The notes under the pieces are model-generated. The model was not told the origin of the DNA, did not search any database, and saw only the letters and a program-made list of their open reading frames with translations. DNA of 64,000 nt from assembly GCA_951406725.2 (NCBI GenBank), contig OX597833.1:4030001-4094000 (forward strand), written 5' to 3'. Position numbers and translations under genes: made by a program. Positions 11,873-25,983 of the stretch are shown one piece after another (position 1 is the stretch's first letter; every line of letters begins with the position of its first letter). This stretch comes from Octopus vulgaris (Eukaryota).

Positions 11873-14173
11873 TTTGGAACAATTTTGAGAATATCTGGAA
11901 AAATGAGAGAAAACAAAAATTAAAATTATTGAAAACGTAGGAAAACAAATGAAAATTATGCAACGATAAACAAATTCTTTTAACCCTTTTGATATCAACC
12001 CAGCTGAGACTGCCTCATTTTCCAAGCACCAACTTCATCATCATCATCATCATTTAGCGTCCACTTTCCATGCTGGCATGGGTTGGACGGTTCAACTGGG
12101 ATCTGGGAAGCCAGAAGGCTGCACCAGGCTCCAGTCTGATCTGGCAGTGTTTCTACAGCTGGATGCCCTTCCTAACGCCAACCACTCTGCGAGTGTAGTG
12201 GGTGCTTTTTACGTGCCACCGGCGCGGGGGTCAGGCGAGGCTGGCAAACAGCTATGGTCGGATGGTGCTTTTTACGTGCCAAATGACAAATTTATTTTAC
12301 AAAATTCTTCATTATTTTAAAAAGTTATTGAAACAGAGAACATGTTGCAACAAAAATGTGGTATCAAGGGTGATCGAAATTAAAACTTTCTGCCGAAATT
12401 TAAGTTCCAGACACCAGCTTAAATATTTACAGCTATTTTACTGAACTCTTTGTCATTTCCAAAATTTATTGAAACCATTGGTCCTCACAGAGACAATGAC
12501 GAAAGACCGAGAACTCTGGAGATAAGCTGTGACTGAGAAGACCCGGCAAATAAAGTGAGTTCACAGCTATAATCTACATAAGTGTTGCATAACCTGCCCA
12601 CTCAAAAGTACTTTGGATCGTAGGGCGAAATGCTGTGCTTGAGGAGACCTATTGAGTCAAGTACATCAACATCAAATGGAAATTGTAGTTGTGATGCCCC
12701 ATGCCGGTGGCATGTAAAAAGCACCATCCGAACATGGCCGATACCAGCGCTGCCTTGACTGACTTCCGTGCCGGAAGCATGTAAAAAGCATCAACTGATC
12801 ATGGTCATTGCTAGCCTCCTCTGGCCCCTGTGCTGGTAGCATATAAAAAGCACCCACTACACTCTTGGAGTGGTTGGCATTAGGAAGGGCATCCAGCTGT
12901 AGAAACACTGCCAGATCAGACTGGAGCCTGGTGCAGCCTCCTGGCTTCCCAGACCCCATTCAAACCATCCAACCCATGCCAGCATGGAAAACGGACGTAA
13001 AACAATGATGATGATGATGAAAAGCAGAAGTATGGCAGCAAAAAGGTTAAACTAAAATGTTGAGGGTTTAAATACAAAAAAAATGCAGGCACAAATCAGT
13101 TTGACTGGACATTGAATAAGAGAAATATTTTTGAAATTGGAGCCAAATATGCCCCTCAACCTGAATACATTAAGGTACTTTGATACGGGATTGAAAGAAG
13201 AGATGGAAGATCAAACTCGTGAGATATTGAAGTAACGAGAAAAGTAATGAGCAAATATTATCTTTGATTTAATGAAAAGCAATCACTGAGAGATAGACAA
13301 GAAGAAACAGCGGACATCCTTTGTCAGAGTCCTTCATTGGTTTAGTTGCAGCTAAACCAAGTGGTGGAGACATGTGAGGGATATTAGCAGGGTATTGGAG
13401 CCATCAGAGTGGTAGAGATCTGTGAAAGATGGGCAGCAGTGACTGTAGATAATCCATGTGGTATAGATATGTGATGGGTAAGTACTTGTGGGTGGTTGTG
13501 GCTAACCCAAGTGATAAGGATATGCAACTGCAAAACACTTTGTGGCTGAAAGCTAAATGAAAGAGTACAGTCATATTATTTGGTAAGTACTAGAGGATCA
13601 TCATCATCATCGTTTAACGTCCGCTTTCGATGCTAGCATGGGTTGGACGATTTGATTGTGGGCTGGCGAACCAGATGGCTGCACCAGGCTTCAATCTTGA
13701 TCTGGCAGAGTTTCTACAGCTGGATGCCCTTCGAAACACCAACCACTCTGAGAGTGTAGTGGGTGCTTTTACGTGCCACCAGTACGGGGGCCAGTCAGGC
13801 GGTACTGGCAACGACCTCGCTCGAATCTTTTTACATGTGCCAGTAAGGCGATGCAACTGCAAAACACTTGTGGCTGAAAGCTAAATGAAAGAGTACAGTC
13901 ATACTAATTGGTAAGTACTAGAGGATAATAATAGATAAACCAATGGTGCAGACAGGTGATAGATAAATACTATTGAATAATTAGAGCTAGATTATAGCTA
14001 AATCAATAAAAAGTGTACAGCAAACTTGCCATGAAGAGTGGAAAATCCAGTGTTTTGGTCACAGACCTTCTTCAGGGGGAAAATTGAAAGGAAAAAAATT
14101 AATAAAAGAGTTTTACATCGTTTAAGTTGAAACATTAATTTCTCTCCATGTGTGTGTGTGGAGTGTACATATA

Positions 14174-14384
14174 GAGGGTTGGCCAAAAGTCACCTGACAG
14201 TAAATCAAAACCATTTAACAACCGAATGAATTTAATAAAAGCATCTAAATACGAAACATCATGAAAATGGTTCAACCTGAAGTCCTTCCTAAGCGACTCC
14301 ATTTTCCCATTCAAGTCAATACAGAATTACAGATAGTATTTAAGGAATTTTGGTTTACTGTCGGGTGACTTTTGGCCAACCTTG
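14174..14384. mobile_element. Mariner/Tc1-type MITE
   Basis: ~35-bp TIRs (GAGGGTTGGCCAAAAGTCACCTGACAGTAAATCAAAA / TTTTGGTTTACTGTCGGGTGACTTTTGGCCAACCTTG) flanked by TA on both sides. Confidence 0.85.
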
Positions 14385-14646
14385 TAGAGGTGTATAAGTC
14401 GTAGCATGCAGGTGATAGGAGCATGGGTGTGTAGAGGTATATGTGTGAAGTCATTAGGTACAAATAGGCTGAGAAACAGGGGGTACAGCCAGTGCAAGTG
14501 CACTCCCTACAATTTTCGTTGGGGTTAGTGAATTTGCTTTGAACTTCCTCCTAAAAAAAACTGGGTTTGTCATCTCTAAGCAAATTTCATTTCCACATTC
14601 ATGGACGTACACCATCCACTCTGACGAAGTCTCTTGTATCACTTAC

Positions 14647-14689
14647 CTTTTTTAACTCAGCCTCTTCACTCAGTCATGTGGCAGACGGT
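14647..14689 (-). other. Candidate 43-nt 5'UTR exon of YIPF5
   Basis: Strong acceptor gtttgtttttctcgtccacag and consensus donor AAG|GTAAGT, same strand and upstream of the YIPF5 coding exon. Confidence 0.55.
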
Positions 14690-15527
14690 CTGTGGACGAG
14701 AAAAACAAACAACTTTTACTTTTACACAACAATAACATCACACACATACACACACACAGTCATCATCATTATCATTGTCATCATTGCCATTGTGTGAAGG
14801 TGAGAAACTCAAACCAGCAATATTGGTAAACTTCAGGTAACAATGGTTTCTGGTTTAGGAACAAGGTCAACAATTTTGAAGGAGGGGTGAATACCATCAG
14901 CCCCAGTACATGACTGGTACTAAATTTCATCAACCCCGAAAGTGAGGAAGGCAAAGCTCACCTCAGTAGGATTGCAATCATCATCATCATCATAATAATA
15001 ATAAATTGTTTCTTTATTACCCACAAGGGGCTAAACATAGAGGGGACAAACAAGGACAGACAAAGGGATTAAGTCGATTACATCGACCCCAGTGCGTAAC
15101 TGGTACTTTATTTATCGACCCCGAAAGGATGAAAGGCAAAGTCGACCTCAGCGGAGTTTGAACTCAGAACGTAACGGCAGACGAAATACGGCTACGCATT
15201 TCACCTGGTGTGCTAACGATTCTGCCAGCTTGATAATAAATTGTTTCTTCTTCTTCTACTACTACTACTACTACTATACAAATAATAATAATCCTTTCTA
15301 CTGAAGGCACAAGGCCTGAAATTTGATGGGAGGGGACTAGCGGATTACATTGACCCCAGTGTTTCACTGGTACTTAATTTATCGACTCCTGAAAGGATAG
15401 AAGGCAAAGCCGACTTCGGCGGAATTTGAACTCAGAATGTAACGGTGGGCGAAATGTTGCTAAGCATTCTGTCCAGCATGGTAATGACTCTGCTAGCTTG
15501 CTGACTTTAATAATAATAATAATAATA

Positions 15528-15921
15528 AGCATGTCCCTCAGTGGCTGATGATATGTGCATCTCTGATCACGAGCAGAAGTAGTGGGGGAGCATCATAACC
15601 ATGTGTTGAGAGGGATTCTTTGGGGTTTGGATAATTCACCTCTGGAAACATGGGTGTTTCATTTAACATCCTTAAATAACCCTTATTCAAGGACCTTTTG
15701 AGTGGGATGGGTTACTCGACCAGAAGAAAATTCTAACTGGGCCCCACCTGCAAGGTCATATGCTGTTTATCTTCATATGAGATCACCATGTCGCGCACAT
15801 ATGGTTGTGATGCATGTGCCTGGTGTACCCTTATCAGACGGGTAGTCATGATGGGTATACTGGGCTTCGTATATTTTACCCCAGCGTCACTTTGATGGCA
15901 TGCACTGCTCTCTCACTCACT
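15528..15921 (+). mobile_element. (AAT)n-embedded non-autonomous retroelement, 5'-truncated
   Basis: Shares the 3' end CTGCTCTCTCACTC-(AAT)n with copies at 42040-42598(-), 51332-51562, 59660-60215 and 61048-61596. Confidence 0.75.
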
Positions 15922-17598
15922 AATAATAATAATAATAATAATAATGACAATCCTTTCTACTACAGGCACAGGGTCTAAAGCTTTGGGGGTGGGGAATAAT
16001 CAATTACCTCAACCCCAGCACTTCATCCAAAAGGATGAATGGCAAAGTCAACCTCAACGGAATAATAATAATAATAATAATGGTTCAAATTTTGGCACAA
16101 GGCCAGCGATTTTGAGGGGAGGGGCAAGTGGATTACGTTGACTGCTTCTATATTTTAGTGGTCTTAAGAGTATTGACATGTTGTGTATCTAAGAACAGTC
16201 ACACATGGGGTACCGAAGAGTACTGTATCCAGGAGTACTAAGACTGGATTCACAATACCTAGGTGCATAGATTTAGAGCGTACCCAGGATTATTCAGACA
16301 TGGTGCATATGCGGCGGTGATTTGAAACTGAACCACTAGGTAACTGGCCATGCATCATAATCAAACCATAGTTGTTTCACGTGATCGGTTTTATTAAGCA
16401 ACCAATCAGTGTCAAACCATCATCATCACCGTTTAACATCCACTTTCCATGCTAGCATGGGTTGGATGATTTGACTGAGGTCTGGCAAACCAGATTCCAA
16501 TCTGATCTGGCAATGTTTCTACAGATGGAAGCTCTTCCTGACGCCAACCACTCCTAGAGTGTAGTGGGTGCTTTTTACGTGCCACCGACACAAGGGCCAG
16601 TTAGGTGGTACTGGCAACGGCCACGCTCAAATGGTGCTTTTTATGTGCCACCTGCACAGGAGCCAGTCCAGCTGCACTGGCAACGACCTCGCTCGAATGT
16701 TTTTTCTCACGTGCCCCCAGTACAAGTGCTGAGTAAATTTCCAAGAACTTTCTGCATGTGCCCAACATAGAGCCCTTTTTGGTACCAACTCTTTGCAGAG
16801 CATTGAAACCAGCAGACCGATCCACACACATCTCACCTCTTGCCAAGCAGAATGTTAAGGCAGCCACATGTTGTGTCTCCATCCTCACTACATTCAGCTG
16901 ATTACAACAGATGGCAGATAGTCGACAGGAATTTTCATCACTATGAAGTACCAACCGATTGTGGCCGCTGCCAATCTCCCCTGGCACCTGTGCCGGTGGC
17001 ACGTAAAAAGCACCATCCATATGTGGCCGATGCCAGTGCCGCCTTGACTGGCTTCCGTGCCAGTGACACATAAAAAGCACCAACCAGTTGTGGCCGTTGC
17101 CAGCCTCCCCTGGCACCTGTGCCAGTGGTACATAAAAACCACCCACTACACTCACGGAGTGGTTGGCGTTAGGAAGGGCATCCAGCTGCAGAAACACTGC
17201 CAGATCAGACTGGAGCCTGGTGCAGCCTCCTGGCTTCCCAGACCCTGGTCGAACCGTCCAACCCATGCTAGCATGGAAAACGGACGTTAAACGATGATGA
17301 TGATGATGATGATGAATGTATCACAATTGTTTTCCTGTTATGATGGACCAACCACAGATTGCTGCATGAATAAGCTTGTCAACTCCAAGCCATATGTCTC
17401 TCCCAGTTAGTAATTACTGCTGTGATAATTCGTAAAAGATCAACACGGTTAAAACTCTGTGTGTAATAATAACATCTGTTAATGGTTTGCAGGTGTTGTC
17501 AGTTATTTCTTCCCACAACCCGAGAAATACATTTTCATTCTGCAACTCAACCAGTTATCACCTCAAATCAACCATCAACACTACAACTCGCGACACAC

Positions 17599-17655
17599 CT
17601 AAGATGGTGCATCGAGGAATATTACAAAGACGCGGGATATCTAGGAAGTAGTTTG
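17599..17655 (-). promoter_or_regulatory. Candidate first non-coding exon/TSS region of YIPF5
   Basis: CpG-enriched unique DNA with a CTTCC motif and donor-like TAG|GTGTGT at 17598. An alternative CpG/ETS-motif region lies at 19380-19520. Confidence 0.25.
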
Positions 17656-19588
17656 ATATGATGTCTGAGTGTCAAAAATAAAGTCCCCTGGATGTTGGTG
17701 CTTCGAGCTCTGGGACTCATGGGGCCAGGTATCTGGTTTCCATGGCGAAGAAGTGTCCGACATAACATTCCCGCCAAACGAGACGCCAGTCCGTCCCAGG
17801 GTTTACTCGTTTATAGCGGAGTGGACGGGAGCAATGAGAAATGAAATAGCTTGCTCAAGAACACAACGGACCGTCCGGTCTGGGAATCGAAACCGCGATC
17901 TTGCGGTCGCGAGTGCAACATCCAAACCACCTGATCACTCGCTGAGACGTATCGAAGATTACTCAGACTTGGAGAATTAAGATGTACAAAATCAAAGAGT
18001 ACTCATATTCGGTGCATCAAGGAGTACTTAAGATAAAATATGTGTAGTTGTCAGACTTGTGTTCCTGGAAGTACAGACATTACGTACTTTTAGAAAGAGT
18101 ATGCCCAGACATGGTAGATCTGAGAATATTCGGCAAAGTATACCGAGGAATATTAAGATTTAGAGCACTTATGAGTATTCAGGCATGGTATAACAGGGAG
18201 TACAAACATACAGTGTACCACAGAATGTCAGCAAAAAAGGCCAAGAACACATCACTTCCTGCAGACCAAAACAATTTTTAAAAATATATTAAAATATCCG
18301 GACATGATGTACCTTGAACAATAGAATACTTATGCATAGTGTACCTAGGAGTACAGAAACCTGTGTACCTAGGAGTACAGAGACGTTGGAACGATGAATA
18401 TCTGTGTGATTCGATAATCCTGGGGGTTTTTTTTTTAAAGGTGGTTTATTTATCTGATCGAAAACCTGAAAATGTCAAACTTCAGCGATTTTGGTGGGTG
18501 GTGACCTGTTTAGAACGACGTAATACATGGTTATAACAATAATAATAATATTAATGCCTTAATTATCATTTATAATATAATTAATTACCAAAGTATCTTT
18601 GTGTTCAATTAATAATATACATGTCAAAATATTATATATATATATATACATATATATATTATGTATGTATATATATTATGTATGTATATATATTATGTAT
18701 GTATATATATATTATGTATGTATATATATATGTATATTATGTGTATATATATATATATATTATGCATATATATATATTATGTATATATATATATGTATTT
18801 ATATATATATATATATATGGCAATATTTGACAGCATGCGAGGACTGTGTGTGTATATACACACACATATATATATGTATGTATGTATGTATATATATATG
18901 TGTGTATGTATATGATATTGGGGAATATAGTGTAGAAGGTGATGATATTTGAAGGAATTTAGTGCTATAAGGGAATAGAAAAAAACTGTTATTTACCCCA
19001 AAATCACCAGCTGGTATGAGAGAGTGAAGGAGAGAGTGTGAGCAGACACGTACACAGAGACAGTAAGAGAGTGGGAGGGAGAAAGAGAGAGGTTGCAAGG
19101 CTTAGACAGAAACTGTGAGAGAGTAAGGAAGAGAGATACACAGAGACAGTTAAAGAGTGAGAGGAAGAGAGAGAGAGAGTGATAGACAGACGGAAAGTGA
19201 GGGTAGGAGAGCGATTCGTAGAGACAGTGAAAGAGTGAGAGTGAGAAAGAGGAAGTAAGAGATAGACAGAGAGTGTAAGAGAGAGCGAGAGATAAACAAA
19301 GACATTAATAGAGAGGGAGAGGGGTAGAGATAGAGAGAAAGGTGAAGAGAGAGTGAGAGGCGGAGTAAAGTGAAAGCAGCCAATCGTCAACCTTGACTAC
19401 GTGGTCGATTTCTCCAAACACTAGAGAATTTCACTTCTGGTTATAACAGGAAGTTGCTTAGGTATTTGGTTTCCGGGTCCAAGGATCGGGATTCGAACGT
19501 GCAACGACGGTTGTTAAACCTCCAAGATATTTCTTTTGTACCAATATATTTGGTTATTGTGATGAATGATAATATTTAAAGATTGGCG

Positions 19589-19991
19589 ATCTTTCGTCTC
19601 TAGTAGACCTTTCCGTCAATTTCCGTAAAAAAAAATTTTTTTTTTACATATGGGCTTGCGGGAACTTTTGAAGTAATATACATACATATATACACATACA
19701 CCGAGTAAAAAATTCAGTTATCTCTCTCTTTCACACATTACTCTGTCTCTTCACACACACTAACAGAAGCACTTCACTTACACAACATACTGTCTGTCTC
19801 CCACACCCCATCAAACACACACACACACACGCACACACAAACACATGTACATCAATGCTTGCCATGCACGGTAACTTCAAAAGAACTTCCCTCGTCATAA
19901 AATCGCCTTCTGAAGTTCCCGCAAGCCCATATGTAAAAAAAAAAATTTTTTTTACGGAAATCGATGGAAAGATCTACTAGAGACGAAAGAT
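19589..19991. mobile_element. MITE with ~85-bp terminal inverted repeats
   Basis: ATCTTTCGTCTCTAGTAGACCTTTCC...GGGCTTGCGGGAACTT is mirrored by AAGTTCCCGCAAGCCC...TCTACTAGAGACGAAAGAT. Confidence 0.85.
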
Positions 19992-21119
19992 TTCCTATGA
20001 GGCAACATTATTTAATTTGTCGTTTATTTTCAAAGGCAATCCAATGTGGTTTTAGGGAGACACTGCTGTGAATGTTTTAGTTTTTCCCTCTTGATTTTAA
20101 CAATCAGTTGAGAAACTGGTTAAAAGAAATCATAATCATAGTCCTAGAGCAATTCTGATTGAGTCGACCTAATGTAATAAAGACGTTCCACCTGCGCCCA
20201 TCCAGTCTTTTTTGTTTTTTCGATATAATTTATTTAGGATGACGTAATATGCATTAATTAGATATTTTTTGTGGTTGTTAGCAACAAGTCGTTTCGAGTT
20301 TTATATTAACTGTCTTTTCAAGATAATATATATTTGAAATATTTTACTCTGTGTGTTACATAAAGTCCTTAAGGTTCTGGTGAGCTGTTCCGTTCTGTTG
20401 TATTTCCGACCTTCGGGGTGGAATTCGGGATACACTTTACTCTTTACTCTTTTACTTGTTTCAGTCATTTGACTGCGGCCATGCTGGAGCACCGCCTTTA
20501 GTCGAGCAAATCGACCCCGGGACTTATTCTTTGTAAGCCCAGTACTTATTCTATCGGTCTCTTTTGCCGAACCGCTAAGTGACGGGGACGTAAACACACC
20601 AGCATCGGTTGTCAAACAATGCTAGGGGGACAAACACAAACACACACACACATATATATATATATACATATATACGACGGGCTTCTTTCAGTTTCCGTCT
20701 ACCAAATCCACTCACAAGGCTTTAGTCAGCCTGAGGTTATAGTAGAAGACACTTGCCCAAGGTGCCACGCAGTGGGACTGAACCCGGAACCATGTGGTTG
20801 GTAAACAAGCTACAAAATTTATTTCTTTGAAATTTTTAAGAAAGCGTGATATTTGATTAGAGATCGGAAGAGCTGCTCTGATGACGCTGCCTTCCTAGTT
20901 TCAATAGAAAGCACCACTACCAGCCGAAGAAATCTACGAAAATACAACCAACAAAAATAAGAATGAAGAACAGAAAAATCAAGAAATTAAATTGTCGTTT
21001 CAACAGATCTTCAGATTTCCACCTCTGCTATCACTATAACCGTTCACACCAAAACCAAGAAACTACGACAAGCAAATTGAACGTTGATCAATTTAGCGAC
21101 ACTGTGTGACAGATAGCTT

Positions 21120-22360
21120 TTGAAGATACTAGAATTTGCCGGACAAGAAGCCTGTCTTAAAACTTTGTACAAATCGACAGGATTAAAAATTCGGGATACA
21201 GAGCAAGTAGCACGGCACAAGAAGAAAAATACCTCAGATCGAACTTGGGTACAATGTACATTGCTAAGGGGAAAAAAATATGGTACAGTAAAGATGAGAC
21301 TGCCCAAAGAAGATGAGGCTAGGAAGTACCCTTATAAAGATGAGGCTAGGAAGTACCCTAGTAAAGATGAGACTAGGAAGTACCCTAGTAAAGATGAGGC
21401 TAGGAAGTACCCTTGTAAAGATGAGGCTAGGAAGTACTCTAGTAAAGATGTAAAGATGAGGCTAGGAAGTACCCTAGTAAAGATGTAAAGATGAGGCTAG
21501 GAAGTACCCTAGTAAAGATGAGGCTAGGAAGTACCCTAGTAAAGATGGATGAGACCTCCCAAAGAAGGTGAGGCTAGGAAGTACCCTTATAAAGATGAGG
21601 CTAGGAAGTACCCTTGTAAAGATGAGGCTAGGAAGTACCCTAGTAAAGATGTACAGATGAGACCTCCCAAAGAAGGTTAGGCTAGGAAGTACCCTTATAA
21701 AGATGAGGCTAGGAAGTACCCTAGTAAAGATGAGGCTAGGAAGTACCCTAGTAAAGATGTAAAGATGAGACCTCCCAAAGAAGGTGAGGCTAGGAAGTAC
21801 CCTTATAAAGATGAGGCTAGGAAGTACCCTAGTAAAGATGAGGCTAGGAAGTACCCTAGTAAAGATGTAAAGATGAGGCTAGGAAGTACCCTACAGCAAC
21901 ACTAAGGAATGACAAACTGGTCTTCATGCCAATGTATTTTAGCTCTAGAGTACAGAAATTAAAGCTACAAGATGTGCCTCCAGAAGTAAAATATTTGCTG
22001 GTTGGTGACAGCTGTTCTCTGAAACAGAAACTGAGTCAAGGGATGGAGAGATTAATCCGAGGAAATTGGGAAAATGTGGAATCCATCCTGGATCTAATTA
22101 ATCTGCTGGACAGCTTATACATGGCTGTTGTGGACAGAAAGCCAAGGTGTCATTTGTGTGGCGGCAAACCATTTCAAGACTTTCTGCCCACAGCAAAATA
22201 TGAAAGAAGAGAGATTCGCCCCATCTTAACCACCTCTGCTGACACCATCACCATGGCAGTAACAACAGCAAAAAAACCCCAGCAGCATGTGGCCTCTGCA
22301 GCGATAAAAAGCAATGGCAATGCTAAAAACAACAGCCATGAAACCAGAAACAACATTAGG
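21120..22360 (+). pseudogene. Probable decayed LINE ORF1 (gag-like) interrupted by a minisatellite
   Basis: GKKYGTVKMRLPKEDEARKY ... MPMYFSSRVQKLKLQDVPPEV ... DRKPRCHLCG (zinc-knuckle remnant) followed by a T/A/K-rich tail. Confidence 0.45.
21289..21893 (+). repeat. 27-bp minisatellite AAAGATGAGGCTAGGAAGTACCCTAGT with higher-order variants
   Basis: About 20 directly visible units, with a recurring AAAGATGAGACCTCCCAAAGAAGGT variant. Confidence 0.95.
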
Positions 22361-22923
22361 AAGCAAGCTTCTTACCACACAGCCACTCCTACACCTATAC
22401 ATATAGATCGTTAGACACTACACACATTTTTTTCTCTGCTTGTTTTTTCTGTGTCCCTTTCTGTCGAAGAGCGTAGGCTCGAAACGTAAAAGATTTTTTC
22501 TATTCCTGAGCGTTATACTAATACATCTGTTTGTTTTGTGCACCACATGTCTTCCTCTTTTGTTTTTTTTTCATAAACTTTCCCTATATATATATATATA
22601 AATATATATATATCGGGAACGTGAAACAAATTTTGTTATATTTCTGCTGCTTTTAAATAAAGCATATTACTCTATCTCTGGTATTTGAGTACTCTTTTTT
22701 CACCTTGTTTCACATTTATGTGCTTACTTCGGTATATATATATATATATATATATATATAGGCACAGGAGCGGCTGTGTGGTAAGTAGCTTGTTTACCAA
22801 CTGCATGGTTCCGGGTTCAGTCCCACTGCGTGGCACCTTAGGCATGTGTCTTCTACTATAGCCTCGAGCCGACCAAAGCCTTGTGAGTGGATTTGGTAGA
22901 CGGAAACTGAAAGAAGCCCGTCG

Positions 22924-22965
<42 letters not shown>

Positions 22966-23996
22966 TATACGTGCGTGTATGTTTGTGTGTATGTGTTTGT
23001 CCCCCTAGCATTGCTTGACAACCGATGCTGGTGTGTTTATGTCCCCGTCACTTAGCGGTTCGGCAAAAGAGACTGATAGAATAAGTACTGGGCTTACAAA
23101 GAATAAATCCCGGGGTCGATTTTCTCGACTAAAGGCGGTGCTCCAGCATGGCCGCAGTCAAATGACTGAAACAAGTAAAAGAGATAGATAGATATACTGT
23201 GGCTTTGTGACTGTTTGATAACTGGTGCTGGTGTATTTACATTCACGTGACTTAGCAGTTCGGTAAAAGAGGCCAATAAAAAAGAACTGGTGTTGATTTG
23301 ATCAATTAAAATTCTTCGAGGCAGTGCCCCAGCCTGGTCGCAGTCTGATAACTGAAAAAGATGAAAGAACCACTAAATTCCTTAGCGAATCCTTAAGCTA
23401 AGGGAGGTAACTCTTATCGCCTATCTGTAATACTATGGCCCTGAAACCTCTTACAGTCACTTTACCTGCTAGAAATAGCAACCCAAATGCTTTTAAATCT
23501 GATCCTAATGTTGGATGTCCAAGAACCAAATGAAGGGCAGATTTATAATTCCAAAAAGGTATAATATGTCTTTGTAGACTGAGATACTGGGGTCCCAGAT
23601 GGACAGACAGAGTTTTGCTTTCGTTTATAGAGATGTGAGTTTGTGCCATTCATCCATGTCACATACGCGTTACGGTTGTATTGTCAGGCAATGTTCTGAA
23701 ATGGCTGTGGTTGTGGTATGATGGTAGTGGTGGAAATGATGGTAGACTTCTTTGGTGTAACCTTGGGACAGCCCTGACTGAGGGGACCCATGGCACAGAG
23801 GTAATCAGCAGGATGACCGAGTGTGTCTCACAAAGCCATGCTACTTGTTCTGACATGCTGTATGGGTTTGTAGAGTGACAATCTGAACATGTTTTGTAAG
23901 GATTTGGAGCACCCAAGCTAGAAAAGTTCCCCTTGAACAATGCCAATGCCCTCTCTCTCTCGCTGCTAGTCATTCTATTTTGGTTACTTTCTAGAG

Positions 23997-24187
23997 CAGT
24001 GACTCACAACCTTTTTAATAGCTGGGGCCAGATCCAAACCTGGATTTTTTTTTAGGGGTTTGCACCAAAAAAAGTTAAACAGAAGTTAGTTAAAGAAAAA
24101 TATGTTTATAGAGGGAAGATCATTGGGGGCCACTGAAAGGATGCCTGAGGGCCACAGGCAGCCCTGGAAAACAGATGAGAACTGCTG
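23997..24187. mobile_element. hAT/Charlie-like MITE
   Basis: CAGTGACTCACAAC ... GATGAGAACTGCTG termini with TCTAG-containing flanks. Confidence 0.5.
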
Positions 24188-24993
24188 CTCTAGTCTCTGG
24201 TGGTTGAGGTCGACTTTGCCTTTCATCCTTTCGAGGTCGGTTAAATAAATATCAGTTACGCACTGGGGTCGATATAATCAACTTAATCTGTTTGTCTGTC
24301 CTTGTTTGTCCCTTCTGTGTGTAGCCCCTTGTGGGTAGTAAAGAAATAAGTTATCAGTTGTGATGGGCAAAGTGCACATAATCAGTGCACAAAGCTGAGT
24401 ATTTCTCTGCCCTTGTTATTGGTATTACACAACCCAGAAAAATATTAGGGGCCAGAGAGGCTATACATATTGCAGCTATTTCTATGTGTATGAAATTCCC
24501 TTATTTCATTTTTATTTCGATATTCACTTTCCCACACTTGCATGGATCTGGAAGAATTCACTGAGACAAATTTTCTACAGTTGGATGCCCTCCCTGTCAC
24601 CAACCTTCACCTGTTTCCAAGGGATCGAATATTTCTTTGTGGCTGAAAACAAATCACACCGCTTGTATGATGAGGATGTTTGTTTACAACAGTCACATGA
24701 TGTCAAGACAAGGGGACACAAGCAGGGGACACTGGTTCAACATAAAATCAAGCAAACAAGATTTATAAAGAAAACGAACAAAATTATTTGTTTAATTAAT
24801 TTCAATATTTATTTCCATTATATGATATTTTTATGTCTCCATTTACTCACTTACTCCTCATTGGTATATTTTGGTGTCTGTGTGGATGTATATATGATTA
24901 TATGCATACATATTTTTTATGTGGGTACATATATATATATATATATATAGGAATATATTTAAATATACACACACATATGTGTGTATATATATG

Positions 24994-25073
<80 letters not shown>

Positions 25074-25624
25074 TGTATATATATATATGTGTATGTATAT
25101 ATTTATATATGTATATATATATGTATGTATATATAAAAGATTCCCAACATGTCTAAGTGAATTAATCTGCTCCCTTAAAGGCAGAAACAAAGACCATTCT
25201 ATCAACTGGGAATTAATTAGTACTGCAAAACCATACATGCCAGGAACTAATAAATATTTTTACCAGGTTTTTACATCTAAGCAATGATGTAATAAATTCT
25301 AGACAGGAACAAACTTTCAGATGCTCGCAGGTGAGAAAATGTACCTTTGCTCAATATTAATGAGTAATAAACATCTGAACAACAGAGTATTTGAAATAAC
25401 TGGCTACAAGAGATAATCCAATCAAAACTTGAATTGAAGAAGGTTTGCGTCTAAATTAACAAACAACTCCACATCGTACAATGCAGAGAAGATAGATGAA
25501 AACCTTTAAACAGTTACATCAAAGGATATTAAAGTGAAGACTCTGAAGAAACTGCACCGGTATTATAGCAAGGTTGTAAGTTCCTAGTCAATGCAAAAGA
25601 AACCTGTGTAGGTCTATTTGAAGC

Positions 25625-25664
<40 letters not shown>

Positions 25665-25745
25665 ACAAGGATAACTTCTTAATAAGGAATCTTAACAAGA
25701 AATTATCAGGTAGTTAGCGTGAAAAACCTCATAAGAATTTTTTCA

Positions 25746-25874
<129 letters not shown>

Positions 25875-25930
25875 GAATTAAATGTAATGCTATGCTACTT
25901 CATAATATTCCTTATTAATCCTCAGGTATT

Positions 25931-25983
<53 letters not shown>

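Noticed and set aside
11873-12025. 51-aa N-terminal extension of YIPF5 in the ORF track
   Set aside because: It starts at a non-ATG codon and crosses a clear splice acceptor and a MITE end; it is intron/UTR sequence.
18599-18952. YI/IY-rich, poly-I, poly-N and poly-Y ORFs here and elsewhere
   Set aside because: Translations of (TA)n and (ATT)n microsatellites.
21289-21893. CRISPR-like appearance of the 27-bp repeats
   Set aside because: Units are contiguous with no unique spacers, there are no cas genes, and the context is eukaryotic.
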